Positions 45,891 through 60,194 of a DNA stretch of 64,000 bases are shown here, one piece after another. Numbering within the stretch: the stretch's first letter is position 1; each line of letters begins with the position of its first letter. This stretch comes from Saccostrea echinata (lineage: Eukaryota). A program made the translations under genes and the position numbers. The notes beneath the pieces are model-generated. The model saw only the letters and a program-made list of their open reading frames with translations, ran no database searches and had not been told where the DNA came from. The stretch is from assembly GCF_033153115.1 (NCBI RefSeq), contig NW_026889755.1:7316001-7380000 (forward strand), written 5' to 3'.

Positions 45891-47130
45891 AAAATGTTTT
45901 TTCATGTTGACATGTAGTGACATTTATATTTGGTAAAATGATTCTTGCCTTGTTGATGAAAATATTTGTAGTGCCATGTGGTAATCTAGTCCCCATCTTT
46001 TCCAGCTGTGCCTGCTGGTTCTCAGATGTTTTTTATAAAGAATGGTGCAATGTATGGGCCAAAATGCAATGTTGTATATACATAGTTACCAAAAATTTTC
46101 ATCCAGGTTGTTATTCACTGATTTATTACAAATAAGTAGTATATGTTTGTCTCTGTTTAACTTTTGTTCATAAACTGCGGGATTAAGTGAAGCTATATAT
46201 CCTTAAAACTGTTATGAGCATGTGTCAAAATAGTAATGTTGATATTTGTACAGTTCCTGACTAAGTGTCCTAGGGTTAACCATTGCATTTTGTGTTGACT
46301 ACCCTTAGATGGCTAGCCCACATGGGTTGGCGTTTTTTGCAAACTTTGTTTGCTTTTTGTGGGCTTCTGTTTTATTTTTGAACGCCAACTTTTTACTTGT
46401 AATGTATATATGTTTTACAATTTGTTCTGTTATTTCGTACATTATTTTGACATGAAACAGGAGAGATCATTATACAACTTTACTTTGTTATGTAAAAGAA
46501 TATTTGTATAAGGTTTTTAGATCTCCCCATTTATTGTATTGTTAATATTCAATGTCATTTTCAATAAATGACAATTCACACAAATATTGTTTTGTGCTAT
46601 TTTATCCAGGAAGGAAGCTGTAGGTATATTTGGATCTTAATAGTATATGAACATGTATTACATTATACAGCATTATTGTTAAATAATATCATTTATTTAA
46701 TCATTGTGTTTTTGTTGGTAACTAGATATTGTTTTCTTAGATTAAAGTTCACAAACACGTTATATGTAATGTACATTTGGAGTCTCTCGGGGAATTAGCC
46801 GAATCTTTGTAAATTAGCCAATCAGAAGCATGTATTCTTCACGTGACTCAGAATAGCGTCACTTGACTGATTTAGAGGGAAAACAAAAACATTCAGTTAA
46901 TTTACATAAGAAATCACCCCCCCCCCCCCACCTTCCCCAGCTTTCACCACCATTCAATGATTTAACATTTTACGTTTATATAACCTATTTTTAATTTTTG
47001 TTTTTATCTTATTTTTCTCAAACACCATCATTAGGTACATATGATTGGGCTTCTGTTTTATTTTTGAACGCCAACTTTTTGCTTGTAATGTATATATGTT
47101 TTACAATTTGTTCTGTTATTTCGTACATTA

Positions 47131-48195
47131 CGAGGGCCGTTCAAAAATTACGCGGACTCTGTTATTATTTACTCTTACAGACGTCATATAGAATTGAAAT
47201 TTCACAGGAACATATTTCCTAAAGATTCCAATAAATTCTTGGTAAATTTTTTTGATTTTATTTAATATCTCATAAAATTATTGCTGTTTTGATACTGCTG
47301 ATGGTGATGCACGGAGCACGGCAAAAATGTTGAAAAACAAACATGCGGTATCCAAAATTTTATACAGTTATTTTCCATATTTCACGATATTATTCAATAA
47401 TTTTCTCTAAAATTTCTTTTTATTGTTTTATTATTAAGTCTTTAGATTTCTGACTTAGTATTTGAAGTACTAACAGAAATATTGTAATTTTTCTCCGATG
47501 TGACCCCTACGAAATCAACTGCAAATATGACGTTTCGTGATTTGACGGAGCAGCGCACTTTTATCAAATCATGAATCATGCTGGGAAAACGCCAATAGAA
47601 ACCCAAAATAATCCTAATGAAACATGCTGTAAACCAGCGGAATATCCGACACATCTCTACAAAATGTAAAAAAAGAATTTTAGACTGTTAGACCGTAGCC
47701 AAAAGGCAATCCGGGAGGGATGGAAGAAGTTCATCGACAAAACACTGATCTGGACTGTTAAGAATGTAATTGAGATCGACTGACGTTAAACTTGACTTCA
47801 GAAATATCTGCAGTTTTGGGGTTTAACACAAACTAAAACACACAATAATAGTTTTATAGTTTTTAAGCTGAATCGGAAATGGTATATGGATGTTTATTCT
47901 GAGTGGATAAGGTAACCCAAACTATACAATATCAAATACTAAGGGAAAATATTGAGAAAACGAAAGCTCCCATTTTTTTAAACGCCCGAGACGTTGAAGG
48001 TTTAACTGCACCGTGACTTCATTAGATGTCCTGTAAAATCACTAGAAATTGATACCAATTTACAGTATTTTGATATAAAATTTTGATGATCATATATAAA
48101 AAGATTCTTTTATATTATTTATGACTTTTTGCTTGATTATGTCGTCAAATATATTTTCTGTGCAACAAGTCCGCGTAATTTTTGAACGGCCCTCG
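47131..48195 (+). mobile_element. Non-autonomous mariner element inserted in Ngaro repeat B2
   Basis: 28-bp perfect TIR CGAGGGCCGTTCAAAAATTACGCGGACT with a TA TSD. The empty site is visible in B1 (TCGTACATTA|TTTTGACATG). Confidence 0.92.
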
Positions 48196-48688
48196 TATTT
48201 TGACATGAAACAGGAGAGATCATTATACAACTTTACTTTGTTATGTAAAAGAATATTTGTATAAGGTTTTTAGATCTCCCCATTTATTGTATTGTTAATA
48301 TTCATTGTCATTTTCAAAAAATGACAATTCACACAAATATTGTTTTGTGCTATTTTATCCAGGAAGGAAGCTGTAGGTATATTTGGATCTTAATAGTATA
48401 TGAACAACATGTATTACATAAAAACGTTTATAAAATTCCGGGTTCATATAGCCAAGGGGGTTTTCCTTGAGGACAACAGCAATGTAATAACCCCCCTTTT
48501 CATATCCACAGCGTGAAAACGAGAAATATTTTGTTATATCTATATTCCATATAAACTTTTCATACTTTTACGCATTAATACGACACGGTTGTTCTATACT
48601 CGATTGATTTTTTTCTAAATGATTATGTTTAAGCACGCTATGGTGTAGACATGTGAAGGCATAAAAACGGCTCTAACGTATTAATTAA

Positions 48689-49750
48689 AGTGACAGTACG
48701 GCGCATCTCATCAAAAAACCGACAAGATAAAATTTTCCGACAAGATTTGGAATTTTTTTACTACTCATAAATGTATAAACTTTCAGAAAATTACAACTTT
48801 TACAATTAAATAATTTGGATTATTTCATTAAAATTAATAGTTATTTATGGGACGTAAATATATACATCACAACGTGTTCGGGGTTCCACATTCCATGCTA
48901 TGCACGCATGCGTAGTTTTCATAAACAAAACAGCATGGTTAGAGAGGGAAGCCCGGTAGGCCTGCTACATTGACGAAGTCGACCAAAAATAAAATGAAAC
49001 TGAAAATAGAACTTGAAAAAGCACATTTCCTGACTAAAATTTAGTTTGGGGATTAATATAATCACTGGATAAGGAAGAAACGGGAACTCGGCGACACTCA
49101 TGCAGGGCTCTCGAAGGTTTTATTCGACAGGTTTGTTGATACTTGTTATCATTTCTCATTTTTCCATCGCTTTCAACATGTTCAAAGAAAAAAAAATAGT
49201 GTATCTATGATATCTATCATAAATCTATGACTCATAAACATTGTTGCCATTAAAAATGCTAATTTTTTTTAACTGTGCAGAAAAATATAAAATATTTTGT
49301 CTGACATTTGCCGCGATAACGTATGATTAGTTGGTTTTTCCTCTCTCGGACCCCAATACACAAAACGTCAACATTTGTACTTTTAATTCTGTTAAATTCG
49401 CCTGAATGCAGACTAAAATCTTTACGATTATCATTTTAGATTGTTTTATCAGAAAGTTATGATAATTTGTTTTTGAAAATTACTTTTACCTAATATTCAT
49501 TGTAATTGTAAACTCTACAGTGTAGACACGTGCCGTTTAAGAATTCACGTAGTACAAATCAACAGATCTAAGATTGCTCCAGTTCGTACGACCCTTGATT
49601 TTCCGGCAGATTCTAATTACGTTAATTTTGTCTGAGTAGAGAATATTTCTGTTTCTCAAACTGCCTACATCAACTTTATACCTTATTTCTTAATGACATA
49701 TTGGGTAAATTTGAATGAAAAAGCACACAATTTGCAGCCGTACTGTCGCT
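48689..49750. mobile_element. Kolobok-like non-autonomous element
   Basis: TTAA-AGTGACAGTACGGC ... GCCGTACTGTCGCT-TTAA. Confidence 0.7.
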
Positions 49751-50171
49751 TTAAGGAATAACTGTGTAGTTAGTAGAGTATGCCAGGGCATCAGCGATAG
49801 TTGGAAACGTGGGATAATTTGCATAACGGGCGATTTCATTGTGAAATAAAATTGTGAATTTAGATTTCAAAAATGTATACTAATAGATGTAAATTACACG
49901 AGGCCTCACAAGTCAATTTCAATAGTCCCCGCCCACTGACGTCAAACACAAAGAATGAGAATTACATGCATATTAGGCCTCCTTAGAGTTAGACACAAAG
50001 ATAGCCGCACGAGAATTACATGCGTATTAGGCCTTCTTAGCTCCTAACCTTTCGCTTGGCGAAATTTGGATTCCGGTAGAAGGATCAAGAAATCAACTCT
50101 CCAAACTTTTAAAGAGTTATCACAGAGAAAACAAATAGAAATGGAAATATTTACATGTCAACTACTGTTAT

Positions 50172-50694
50172 TATTATACCTCATATAAATAATCACTAGT
50201 AAAATAGAATCTGATTGGCCGAGACAGTCACGTGACCGTCGTGTTTGCCCTGCAACAAAACTTCGCGTTTCACGGTTGTGACGTCACAATGCGGTGACTG
50301 AGACGGTTACTACTGAGTCATTGATTGATTGTGTCGATTCAAACGTGTAAAATATAAATATTTACAAAAGTGTTTTCACGGGTGGGGTTGTATTGTTACT
50401 GGTGTGTAAATAACATAATGTTTTTATGAAGCGGGACTAGTGGTGTAGTTTGGTGTCTGTTTCATATTATTCTTATCAAATGTTTTACTTTATTCATCGG
50501 ATTTTCTTTGTATTTCTTGCATTGTGCTTGATTCGGTATAAAAACAATTTACTGCATGTATGTTCGGGAGACATGAAGATTTCTTCGCCCTTGAAAAATC
50601 ATATTCCCCTTGGGTGTTGCCCTCGGGGAATATGATTTTTCATGGGCGAAGAAATCTTCATGTCACCCTCACTATCATGCAATAAATGTATAAT
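50172..50694. mobile_element. Hairpin-bearing interspersed element (Crypton-like, non-autonomous)
   Basis: ATTATAC...GTATAAT ends, a CTGATTGG motif and a near-perfect inverted repeat of about 40 bp per arm at 50570-50664. Confidence 0.5.
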
Positions 50695-51413
50695 GTTACC
50701 TTTCGGTGCGCTTATGAAAAGTAAAAAAAAACCCTAACATTTGTAACGTATATTAAGCGCAATTTTTTGGTTATTGGAAGAAAAACGACACAGTATTCTT
50801 CAGTAAATTCTCTTCATATACATTGTTACGTAATACATATATTTACCATTAAGTTTGAAGAGATTGAATATGTTTAGCGTAGCATAGCGCGTTACATAAA
50901 AGACCGAGTTTTGAAAAAGATAAACATACTTGATATCATGATGTTTGTGTGGATTATGTCTCAAAGTTTTTCTTATTACATGTATGTGCAAAATATCGAT
51001 TAAGCATTGTTCAACCTATCTTTTAAAAAAGATTAAACCATGTTTTTGTTTGCACTATTTTTAATAAACATGTTCATTTACATTTGCGAGAAAAATCATT
51101 TTTCAAAAATTTCTAAGAGGTTAATAAATATAAGGATTTTGTGCAAAATCCCTTGCCGTAAGCGTTCAACGGTAAAACACCCATGGCTCTATAACCTGGA
51201 TTTTTATACCCATTTTATTACGTTGATGTTGCCCTGCAGGAAATCAGCCTTGGCTCTATGAACATGGGTTGTCTTATATATGGTTTATTACGTTACTGCG
51301 AAAGGATATACATCAGTACATAGAAGTAAAAACATCTATGGGTCAAGTCCTTTTTTTAAAAAATAAAACAATACAAATTTCGTATAGGTTCCATTGTGTA
51401 AGATAAGAAAACA

Positions 51414-52481
51414 TTATCTTCTTAAAATGTTATTACAACAAAATTGTCTAAGTTTATTTCTGAATTTGATGTCAAAAAACCAGTAAACATACGGATTAGC
51501 AATGTGATTCAGAAGATTAAAACGGAGACAAAAAACGTAAATATTCTTTATGTATCCTTTCTTTTCTTCTGTGCTTGCAAAGTTGTAAATGTGTGTTATG
51601 AGTGACGTCAGATACGAAACTACGTAGACAATAATGATGACGAGATACATGACACTAATATTCCTTCTGACTTGTTGTGTAAGACTTCTGGCACTCCTCA
51701 AGGTGTTATTGGATTCGTCATTATTCTGTTGTGAATGTTTCCTTTTCGTATTTTCTCCAATGGTAAACAATTCTATTGACGCGATATTAATGTTGTCTTC
51801 GGGATCATTATATGCCCGATGTCTTCTGGCAGATGAAAATCTTTCATAAATGGTTTTAATCACAGGAATGTAAAGTACTGATATAATTAAAATGTTAATA
51901 AAGCAAAGAAATAGCAAAACCCCTAAGTATGGTAATATAACACTATTAGAACTGTAAGTGCCGTCGTCGGTACGGCAGACAGAGAGATCACCAGTGGCAT
52001 TAAATGATCTGAGTTTATATATTCCATTGAATTTCAAAATTGGAGATGCATAGCCGGCACAAATTACAAATATAATCAGGATTGCAATTCTGCACACTTT
52101 TTGGGACATCTGTTTACCGAACGGACGGCAGATCTTCAAATATCTTTGAAACGCTATTGCAAGGATAATAAGAGCCGAAAATCCTCCGGTGAATATGATT
52201 AAAAAATGCAACGTTTTGCAAAGAAGGGCACTAGGGTAAATGTAGCGCATGGTGTTATCCAAATGATGCTGAGTAACATTTGACACAGTTCCGACAAGAT
52301 CAATAACAGCAAGAACTGGTATGAAATACCGGGATCCCGATTTGTCCTGCACGTATTTTGTGTACATAAAAAAAGCAAGAGCGTTTCCGAAAATCCCAAA
52401 GGCACCTGCAATTAGTTGTACTATTGTGTTTGGCATTAGTTGTTCCGAATATTCTTCGGATAACATCTGTGTATCGACCAT
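51414..52481 (-). CDS. Class A GPCR, intronless, 355 aa; more divergent paralogue
   Basis: GN, LAVID, FQRY and NPYVY motifs; seven hydrophobic segments. Confidence 0.92.
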   Translation of the reverse strand: MVDTQMLSEEYSEQLMPNTIVQLIAGAFGIFGNALAFFMYTKYVQDKSGSRYFIPVLAVIDLVGTVSNVTQHHLDNTMRYIYPSALLCKTLHFLIIFTGGFSALIILAIAFQRYLKICRPFGKQMSQKVCRIAILIIFVICAGYASPILKFNGIYKLRSFNATGDLSVCRTDDGTYSSNSVILPYLGVLLFLCFINILIISVLYIPVIKTIYERFSSARRHRAYNDPEDNINIASIELFTIGENTKRKHSQQNNDESNNTLRSARSLTQQVRRNISVMYLVIIIVYVVSYLTSLITHIYNFASTEEKKGYIKNIYVFCLRFNLLNHIANPYVYWFFDIKFRNKLRQFCCNNILRR

Positions 52482-53681
52482 ATTTAAATTTTAGTAAAGA
52501 AAAAAAAAAGTCACTGGTTTTCTCCACCTATAACTGATTCGTTTAAATTGAAATATTACTAGTTAAATATGACTATTGTCATTTAAATAAAGTTTGTTTC
52601 CTGTAAAATAAATTCTGAGTGGGTTTTTTTATCTATTTTAACAGGGAAGGAAATGCGTTATGAGACTTTATGTCTGAAGTGCTAGGTTCACTTGAGTCAT
52701 AAAATGGGCCATTCCCTGTACCAATGAATTGGTCAAGGCCCTATGTCTCATTTCAAACACCAATATAAAGAAGAGATGTAGCTGTGCTTTCATTTTCTAT
52801 AGCAAAGTTTCCTCTGAGAGTTCAGGTTTTAAATGAACGCTTGGTAAAATTGTGATGTTCTTGACATTTGCAGAGAATGGGTGCTTTTGAGTACCTTCAT
52901 GAAAGAATTAAAATACGATCCCACCACTTGATCCCAAAAATGGTAATAATGTTTTATAATCTTCTAAAGACGTTCTTTCGATATATAAGTACATATTTTG
53001 GATCAGAGGTTGGGGTCTTTACAAATTAATGGAAAAAAACGTTTAACTTTCAGGCATTTTTGAAGAAATTTTCAGGGTTTGGGAGTAATGGTGCAATTCA
53101 TGACGTCATAAAACATGGTCTTGAGAGAAAATAACGCCATTTTCAGTAGATATGCAGTCACCAAAGGCCCAAATTCTTTTCAAATAAAACTGAGCTGTTT
53201 TAATTTTTCAGAAATTCACAGGGCCAAAAAAGGCCTTAAGTGAATCTTGTTCTTTGTAATATTACACAAACAAAGAATTTACGTAGTTAACAGGTCAAAA
53301 AATACGAAGCAGAGAATATAAATTATTACTATTCAATTTTGTCAATGAATGTTAAAATTCTTGTAAAAATTATCATCATACAAATAGAAATCCCCAAAGA
53401 TCAGGTTGAATAATAAATAAAAATTTCGATATTTTTCTTTTAGTTCTTTCAAAATTATTATGAAAATCAATTGCTGGGTCACAGTAAGCTTTTATAAAGC
53501 AATAAACCATTACATTTATTTAAAAATATTAAAGGTCGACTCCCTTTGACAGATATTCAAAAAGATGTCAGGGCTCAAGGCCGTACACAAAGTGTAGAGT
53601 CATTTTGCCCAAAAGTTTGTGCTCTGCTTCAACTTACTAATGGAAAAAAGGTACCTAGAACTTAGGAACTTGAAAGCTCTA

Positions 53682-55880
53682 TTATGTCACCCCGAACGAA
53701 GTGGGGGGACATATGCTATTATACGCATGGAAACATTGTTCACGGACTTTCCCGCAGATAACTTGGGCAATGTTGCTGAAACTTAACATAAAAGATGATG
53801 ACCAGCTGTATTTGTGCGGAAAATGTTTTTCAGTTTCAACATGGCTACCGTTGCCATGGAAACGTACAAAAAGTGAAGAATTTTGTCCTGAAGTCTTCTC
53901 GCTGATCCCTTAGACAATCGTAATGAATCTCCATAGAAATGATAAACAATAATTGTGCGAATCGCACTTAAAATTTTCAAACCACCCACCGTTGCCATGG
54001 AAACAGAAGAAAAGTAAAAACTGCCAAACTTTGATTTTCTCACAAACTGCTCAGACAATTGTTATGAAACTTGTAAGGATTGTTCCTTAAATTCTTTCCA
54101 AGTAATTTCTATTTTAAAAATTAGAATCTTTAAAAACAGTTACCGTAGGAAAGAAAGAAACAGGAAAAAGTTAATATTCACCCAGATGTTTTCCGAGGTG
54201 GCTTGGACAATTGAGATGAAAATTTACAGAAATTATAATTAGACACTCTATTTGTTCAGTCAACATTCAAAAATTTCTAAATGCCTATCGTTGCAATGGA
54301 AACAGGAAAAATGCGGTTTCTTTTAAACATTTTCATTTTTCTCTGTAATTAACAAAGCAAACTTTTCAAAACTTTATTGGTTTAATCCTTTCAATATATC
54401 AAAGTGGCTTCTGCATAAAATGGAATTGATGGTCAGCGGAAGGAAGTCGGGACCACTAATTGATTTTTAACCACCGTACTTTTGTCTTGGAGCGTTCTCA
54501 TAGAACGCTTTATGAAACTTCACAGAAATAAAGGTCAAAACCTACAGTTGTGCGGATAGTTATTAAATTTTCAAAGGATGTTTACTTAAAAACTGAAATA
54601 TTCATGTCTGCAGTTTCTTGATACCAGCGGCCAAAAACGTTGTACAAACGTTTATGCTTGATCTTTTTAAAGCTATAAATTATTCAATTTCTTTGTCTTC
54701 CTATTTTTTTTTCTTTTTTCCCTAATATTCGTAGGGTACGTAAAGGCTAATCTATACAGCTTACCGGTATATACATAACCGGTTTCTTGGTATGATCAAG
54801 AGGAAATAAAATATCTTAGCATTTCCACAAAAAAACGTAGGACCAACGTTTTTTAAGCACTAAGCTATTCATTTTATTTCCATTTAAGTAGTTTACGGGA
54901 AATGAAGCGCATCAATACACATGGAACGAAGTGTAGAGTTAAAACTTCTCTGGTTACAGTGAGGAGACGGAAAACCTTCCTAATGCTATAGAAACGAGTT
55001 TCTGTTAAATAAAAAGGGTCGTATATGGTATATATCTGGTGGTCGTATATGGTATATATCTGGTGGTCGTATATGGTATATATCTGGTGGTCGTATATGG
55101 TATATATCTGGTGGGCGCATTTTATTTTTATTTCCCTGTCAATACACAGATATAAAATTTAGAATGGAAGAAGATCTTAGAGTTTCATAAATAAAATTCA
55201 GTTCCGCCGATGTGATCTGATATTTTGGCAGCATTCAATCTTCTTCTGTCTTGTCTATAGAATATATAATAATTTTATTTACAATTAAATTATCTTTAAA
55301 AAGTAGCGATTGTCAGCTGCATTCATTAGCACTTCACAATTTCTTGTGAATATATTACTGGCATATGAATAATTTCATTCAATGTTAGTTATTAGAATCA
55401 TTAAAATTTAATTTCCACCGTTTTAATTAATTTGAACTGGGATCCGCTCCCGCAGCACGCCTGGAATGTATGTTCATAATTCTGCTAAACTAAGAAAGTT
55501 TACACATACTTTATCTTCTCATAATTTTTTTTAGCCCCTTTCCTATGTAAAATGCCCGATTTGAAGAGGAAAATTCAGGAATTATTTTGCTTCAGTCATG
55601 TTTTGACGTGAACCTTACTTTCTTTAAATTAAGGTCTTCCGTCTTCTACGAAAGATTTCTTTGTTATCCTAGGATATCGGAGAAAAAATTAATAGTTTTA
55701 TTTTACACCAATCAGATTTATCAAAAACAATTTTCTTCCAGACACTACCTTGTAAATCTTGTGTGTGAAGGGAGGATGGTGTCTACTAATATTCACATCT
55801 TTAAGCATTTTACAATGTCACAGCTTATGGTTCAGTGAGAGGTGACATATGGTATTGCTTGCAACAACAAATTTTCTAGT
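53682..55880 (+). mobile_element. HINE-like element with diverged internal repeats
   Basis: TATGTCACC sub-TIR with a local inverted copy (GGGGACATA), internal GTTGCCATGGAAAC units and a 3' GGTGACATA...CTAGT. Confidence 0.6.
55017..55113 (+). repeat. 24-bp perfect tandem repeat, 4 copies
   Basis: GGTCGTATATGGTATATATCTGGT repeated four times. Confidence 0.9.
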
Positions 55881-58306
55881 CCTTTAAATTACTTTAGTTT
55901 TAATATTGGCACTGAATTAAGTCATTTTTTTTTTTACTGTAAACTATGATTATTTTAATAACCAGTTAACTTTTATATGCATGTGAAGAATATGTATATC
56001 ATAATTCTTTAATATGTTATGTTTAGCCGCATTTTATTTCAATGAAAATACAACTAGGGAGTATGCAAAAAGTCAAGGTGGCGATGTGATATACAGTGTA
56101 TCATGCCAGTAATAAGGTGATATACGTTTTTATCATAACCAAAGGGAAGGAAAGGCTAAGGATTCACGAAAGAAATAAAAATTCAGCAGGAACAGAGTCA
56201 ATTGTTTCTACGTGTATATTATTTTCCCTTGGATTGAAATTTCGCACATTCATTGGTTTTAACGAAGCATATGACTGCCGGCTATATTTTTATGTCCGGT
56301 AAGTGACAATATGGATGAGAGTTGCGTCTACATTTCGATATTAGAAAGCATTTATTACGGAAACTTCTTTCCATAGTGCAATGTTTTTTTAAATTAGAGT
56401 AGCTAACCTTTTAAAGAATGACATCAGTTTTGTTTTGATTGCGTCACGTTGAGATTCGTACAAATAAGATTGGAAAAACCTTTTAAATTAGAATCTAAAC
56501 AGAAACAAATTATTTAAAGTAAAGCAAAAGTGCCTCAAAGATTTATCGAAATTGCTTGATGGTTAACTCAGAAGAAACACAGTGCTGACAATAGTACAGA
56601 TGTTGTGACACTTAAATTTCGAATGAAAATTATATGTTGTATTCAATCATTTTGATCATCAATTTTTGCAGGCTCTTTGTACTATGGAGGTAGTAATGGG
56701 TCACACTGTTTAATGCTGTAGACTCTATTGTAGCCTATATATCATTTAAATGCCGTGCCCAAACCCCATCTCCCCCTCTCATCCCTCTAACATGCACACT
56801 TTTTGTTGCAGTATAGTGGAAAGTGCGCCATGTGTCGTATTAAAAAATCAAAACAATTCAGAGGACAGGTACCTGAAGGTATTTAAAAGGACATTTTTTT
56901 TTTGAAAATGTTAATTTCCCGATGAACTATAAATGATTATAAAACATGTATGTGTATTGAAATATATGTAATAAATAGTATCGATATGATCTTCATTACA
57001 AAATCTATAAGGCATGTGATATAAATATCATTTACTTTCTCAGGTGGAGAATAAGATTTATTTCATATCATCTCTTGTAAAAATATTTCATCCGACATGA
57101 AATCCAATAATAACTGGTGTCCATTTACATAACTATCTGAATGAACTGCTACAAGTCCTCATTAATTAACCTTTTCTAGTAAAATATCCAAATATGAAAC
57201 AGATTGTCAGGCTCTGTGGTATAGTTTATTTCAAGTTCACTGGGATAGATCGAGTCGACACATGAATGGAAGTTACTATAATTGTTGATTGGTAATACTT
57301 AATGTCGAGCTGAAGGCCGCAGGAAGTGTCATTTTCTCATATATGTATATATGTTTTTGAATAGATTCTGCTTCATATGAATACAAAAGAAGGTCTACTA
57401 ATAACGGGGTGCATTTGGTACCCATGGGAAATTAACTGTATTTTAGAGAAACTTGGGTTTAATTCTGCAAGTGGTAATTCGACTTATACACACAGTTCCC
57501 TTTAAAAGAGGAAATTAAAAGCCTCTTTCTTTACTATTCGAGCAGTGTACATATTGCTGTTCTGTACATGTTGTCATCAACGACACTATGCCCCTATTCT
57601 GACTGAAAATTTGTCTTCCATCGGAACATATTGTCGCGGGGCTGCAAAATTATACATGTACATATTGTCGCTCCACTGTAAGGCATCCAGTTATATGGAT
57701 GATGATATATGATGATAATGAATATATCGAAAATTATACATTCAGTTTTCCTGAGATCGCTTATATGCTATATGTTAAACTCCAGTGAAGAAGCTGCAAT
57801 GCTATATCTAACATATATATGTACAAATAAAGCCACGAAGAGGATAATGGAACAAATACCCGCTTTCTGTTAAAAAAAGAACTCTCATCATTTTCCGCTC
57901 ACTGATATCAAGTGCACTAAAAGTTTTAACTAATTGAACAATTAGGTTAAAGAGTCACCCAAGAATATTTATAAATTCTATGGAAACTGGTGTAATGAGA
58001 ATTATAAAAACACCAAACCACAATAATTTCGGTATCACACACAAAAATAGAATCCAGATTTATTACTACTCAAGTACTGAATTAACATTCAATATCAAAA
58101 TATATATTGCAAGAAAAAAAAAATTAATTTATTAGAAAAATCCCGATTTCAAGTAACTTTGCTAATCATACTGGTGTTCACTGATCCTTGAGAACAATTC
58201 TCCGACCAAAAAGTTTTCTCTGTACATAATTAGTTGTTTACTTACCTCTCTGACATAGATTCTGTCTGTCTAGCTGTCTGTGTCTCTCCCCCTTTTCACT
58301 CTCATT

Positions 58307-58328
58307 CTCTCTCTCTCTCTCTCTCTCT
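58307..58328 (+). repeat. (CT)n microsatellite
   Basis: Read directly from the sequence. Confidence 0.9.
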
Positions 58329-58389
58329 GCGTGTGTGTTTGTGTTTCAGACTATCTAAAAGACCCTAGTAAATTCCTCAAAACGATATA

Positions 58390-59332
58390 CGAGAGGTGAT
58401 AAAAAAAAAATGACGAACTATCTATGAATAACAATTCAGTTCACTGTTCAGAATGAAATTTAGTACACATATAGTCATAAACATGACCTTTAAAAAGCAT
58501 GTGTGACGTTGCTCCATGTTTATGGCGTCAAAATGTGAAAATGACGTCAATTTTTAGATGATTTGTGAAAAAGAAATTGTTGACTCAGTCGTACTCAAAC
58601 AGTGAACGGCTGAAAAGTTTAACGTAAATATTGGAATATTCTTAGCAGTTATATAATTTTGCACAAGGTTTAGGAAGACAAAAGACTTGCAAAAAGTTCA
58701 ATTAGTAATTGGATGGATTGTTTCAGTGAAGGAATGGAGATGGTTAAAAATGATATTCGTCATGGTAGTCCAGTGAACGTAGGTTGGGAAAAAGACGTGT
58801 CCTCAGTTGAGCAATTTGTAATGAAAGATCGCCAATTTAGAGTTAGAGCAATAGCTGTATATCTTTACAACAAAATAATTCTTAATTCCCCAAAATCTCA
58901 ATATTAAGGAGGTCAGATATGATAAAGAGAAATCACCCATACTTTATCCAAATTGGATGAACGGTGCACCCAAGACAGAGGAGTCGGGTTGTGAAAGACA
59001 CAATACTCAGTCTGGGAAGAGATATCCTAATCAACCCATCCTATTGCCGAGATTTGGCAATTTGTGACAAAATGGACTATTTTTATTGTTAAAAAAATAA
59101 CCTACATGGTGAAAAATATAACACTCGGAAAGGTCTTTGGGCTGCTGTGAACAGTACACTATAGAACATGTCATGTGACCGCCTTGATCACGTGTTTTGT
59201 GCATGGGGAGAACGGTGATATATATGCATTAAAACCGGAGGGGACTATTTAAACTAATAATGAACACTGAAACTTGATTTGATTTCTTTTATGGAGGATC
59301 AATTAGTTAGCGAACTTTTTGATCACCCCTCA
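58390..59332 (+). mobile_element. Degenerate, internally deleted mariner transposon
   Basis: TA-CGAGAGGTGATAAAAA ... TTTTTGATCACCCCTCA-TA. Transposase relic WMDCFSEG...DIRHGSP...DRQFRVRAIA, plus decayed YSPDLA-like and G.YF-like C-terminal motifs. Confidence 0.7.
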
Positions 59333-60194
59333 TACCGGCAAAAAAATTCATCCATTGGTACATATTGTCACCGACGGAATTTGTGCCGAAACTTGTCTTT
59401 TTTCATCCTGCGGAATAGACGACAATTGCTTATATTGTCATCGGCGACATACCGTGAATATTTGCATATAGAGTGAGGGTTGGTATATATTGTTACCGGC
59501 AGCAATATGTACAAACGACATAATGTCTTTGACACGTTCATAGATTCCATTTTTATAAATTACAATACGCAATTTTCGATATTGTAACTCTCCAATGATA
59601 TAGGCGTAAATAGTATTCATATCAGCATGGAAGTGGGAGAGGCTGCCTATGTACACCAACGATGACTAGGATTTTTTAAAATTCCTTTAATGTCATAGAT
59701 AGATTATAAGGTCAAGCAATGATGATTTTGATGAGTTTTACTTTAGACGTTTTACAAAATCTACTTTCAGTTAGGATACCTGAAAACAGAAGAACCGTCA
59801 TGGTTTTCAAAAAGACCCTTCCTTGATTAAACAGACCTTTTTAACAAGTAAGTGGAGTCTTTGAATTTATTATAAGGGAAAGAGTCAGTGTGTCATTCAG
59901 AATGCCGACGTGCAATGACCAGATGCGTTTGCATTTATGAGAGCCTCCTCGTCTCAGTCTTATCCACCGATAATTTCTTTTGTACCGAATTTTTGGTAGA
60001 AAAAATGACGTCTTTACATAAATTTGGTAGTTTTCGAGTTGATGTTTTCATTACGACAAACTGTTAGACCGGCATATCAATGAGGTATCGTATCAAATAT
60101 AAAAAAGTGTCAAACCTGCCGGTTTACAAGGAATAAAACTCCCCTCCTGATGAAAGAGCACACTAAGGGAGATAATCTCGAAACTTGAGTATCT

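Larger units (their letters stand above)
39560..48421 (+). mobile_element. Ngaro-type tyrosine-recombinase (DIRS order) retrotransposon, full length but decayed
   Basis: Split direct repeats A1 (39560-39933), B1 (46360-46664), A2 (46627-47006) and B2 (47046-48421, interrupted by a MITE). Overlapping gag, RT/RNase H and YR remnants. Confidence 0.9.
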
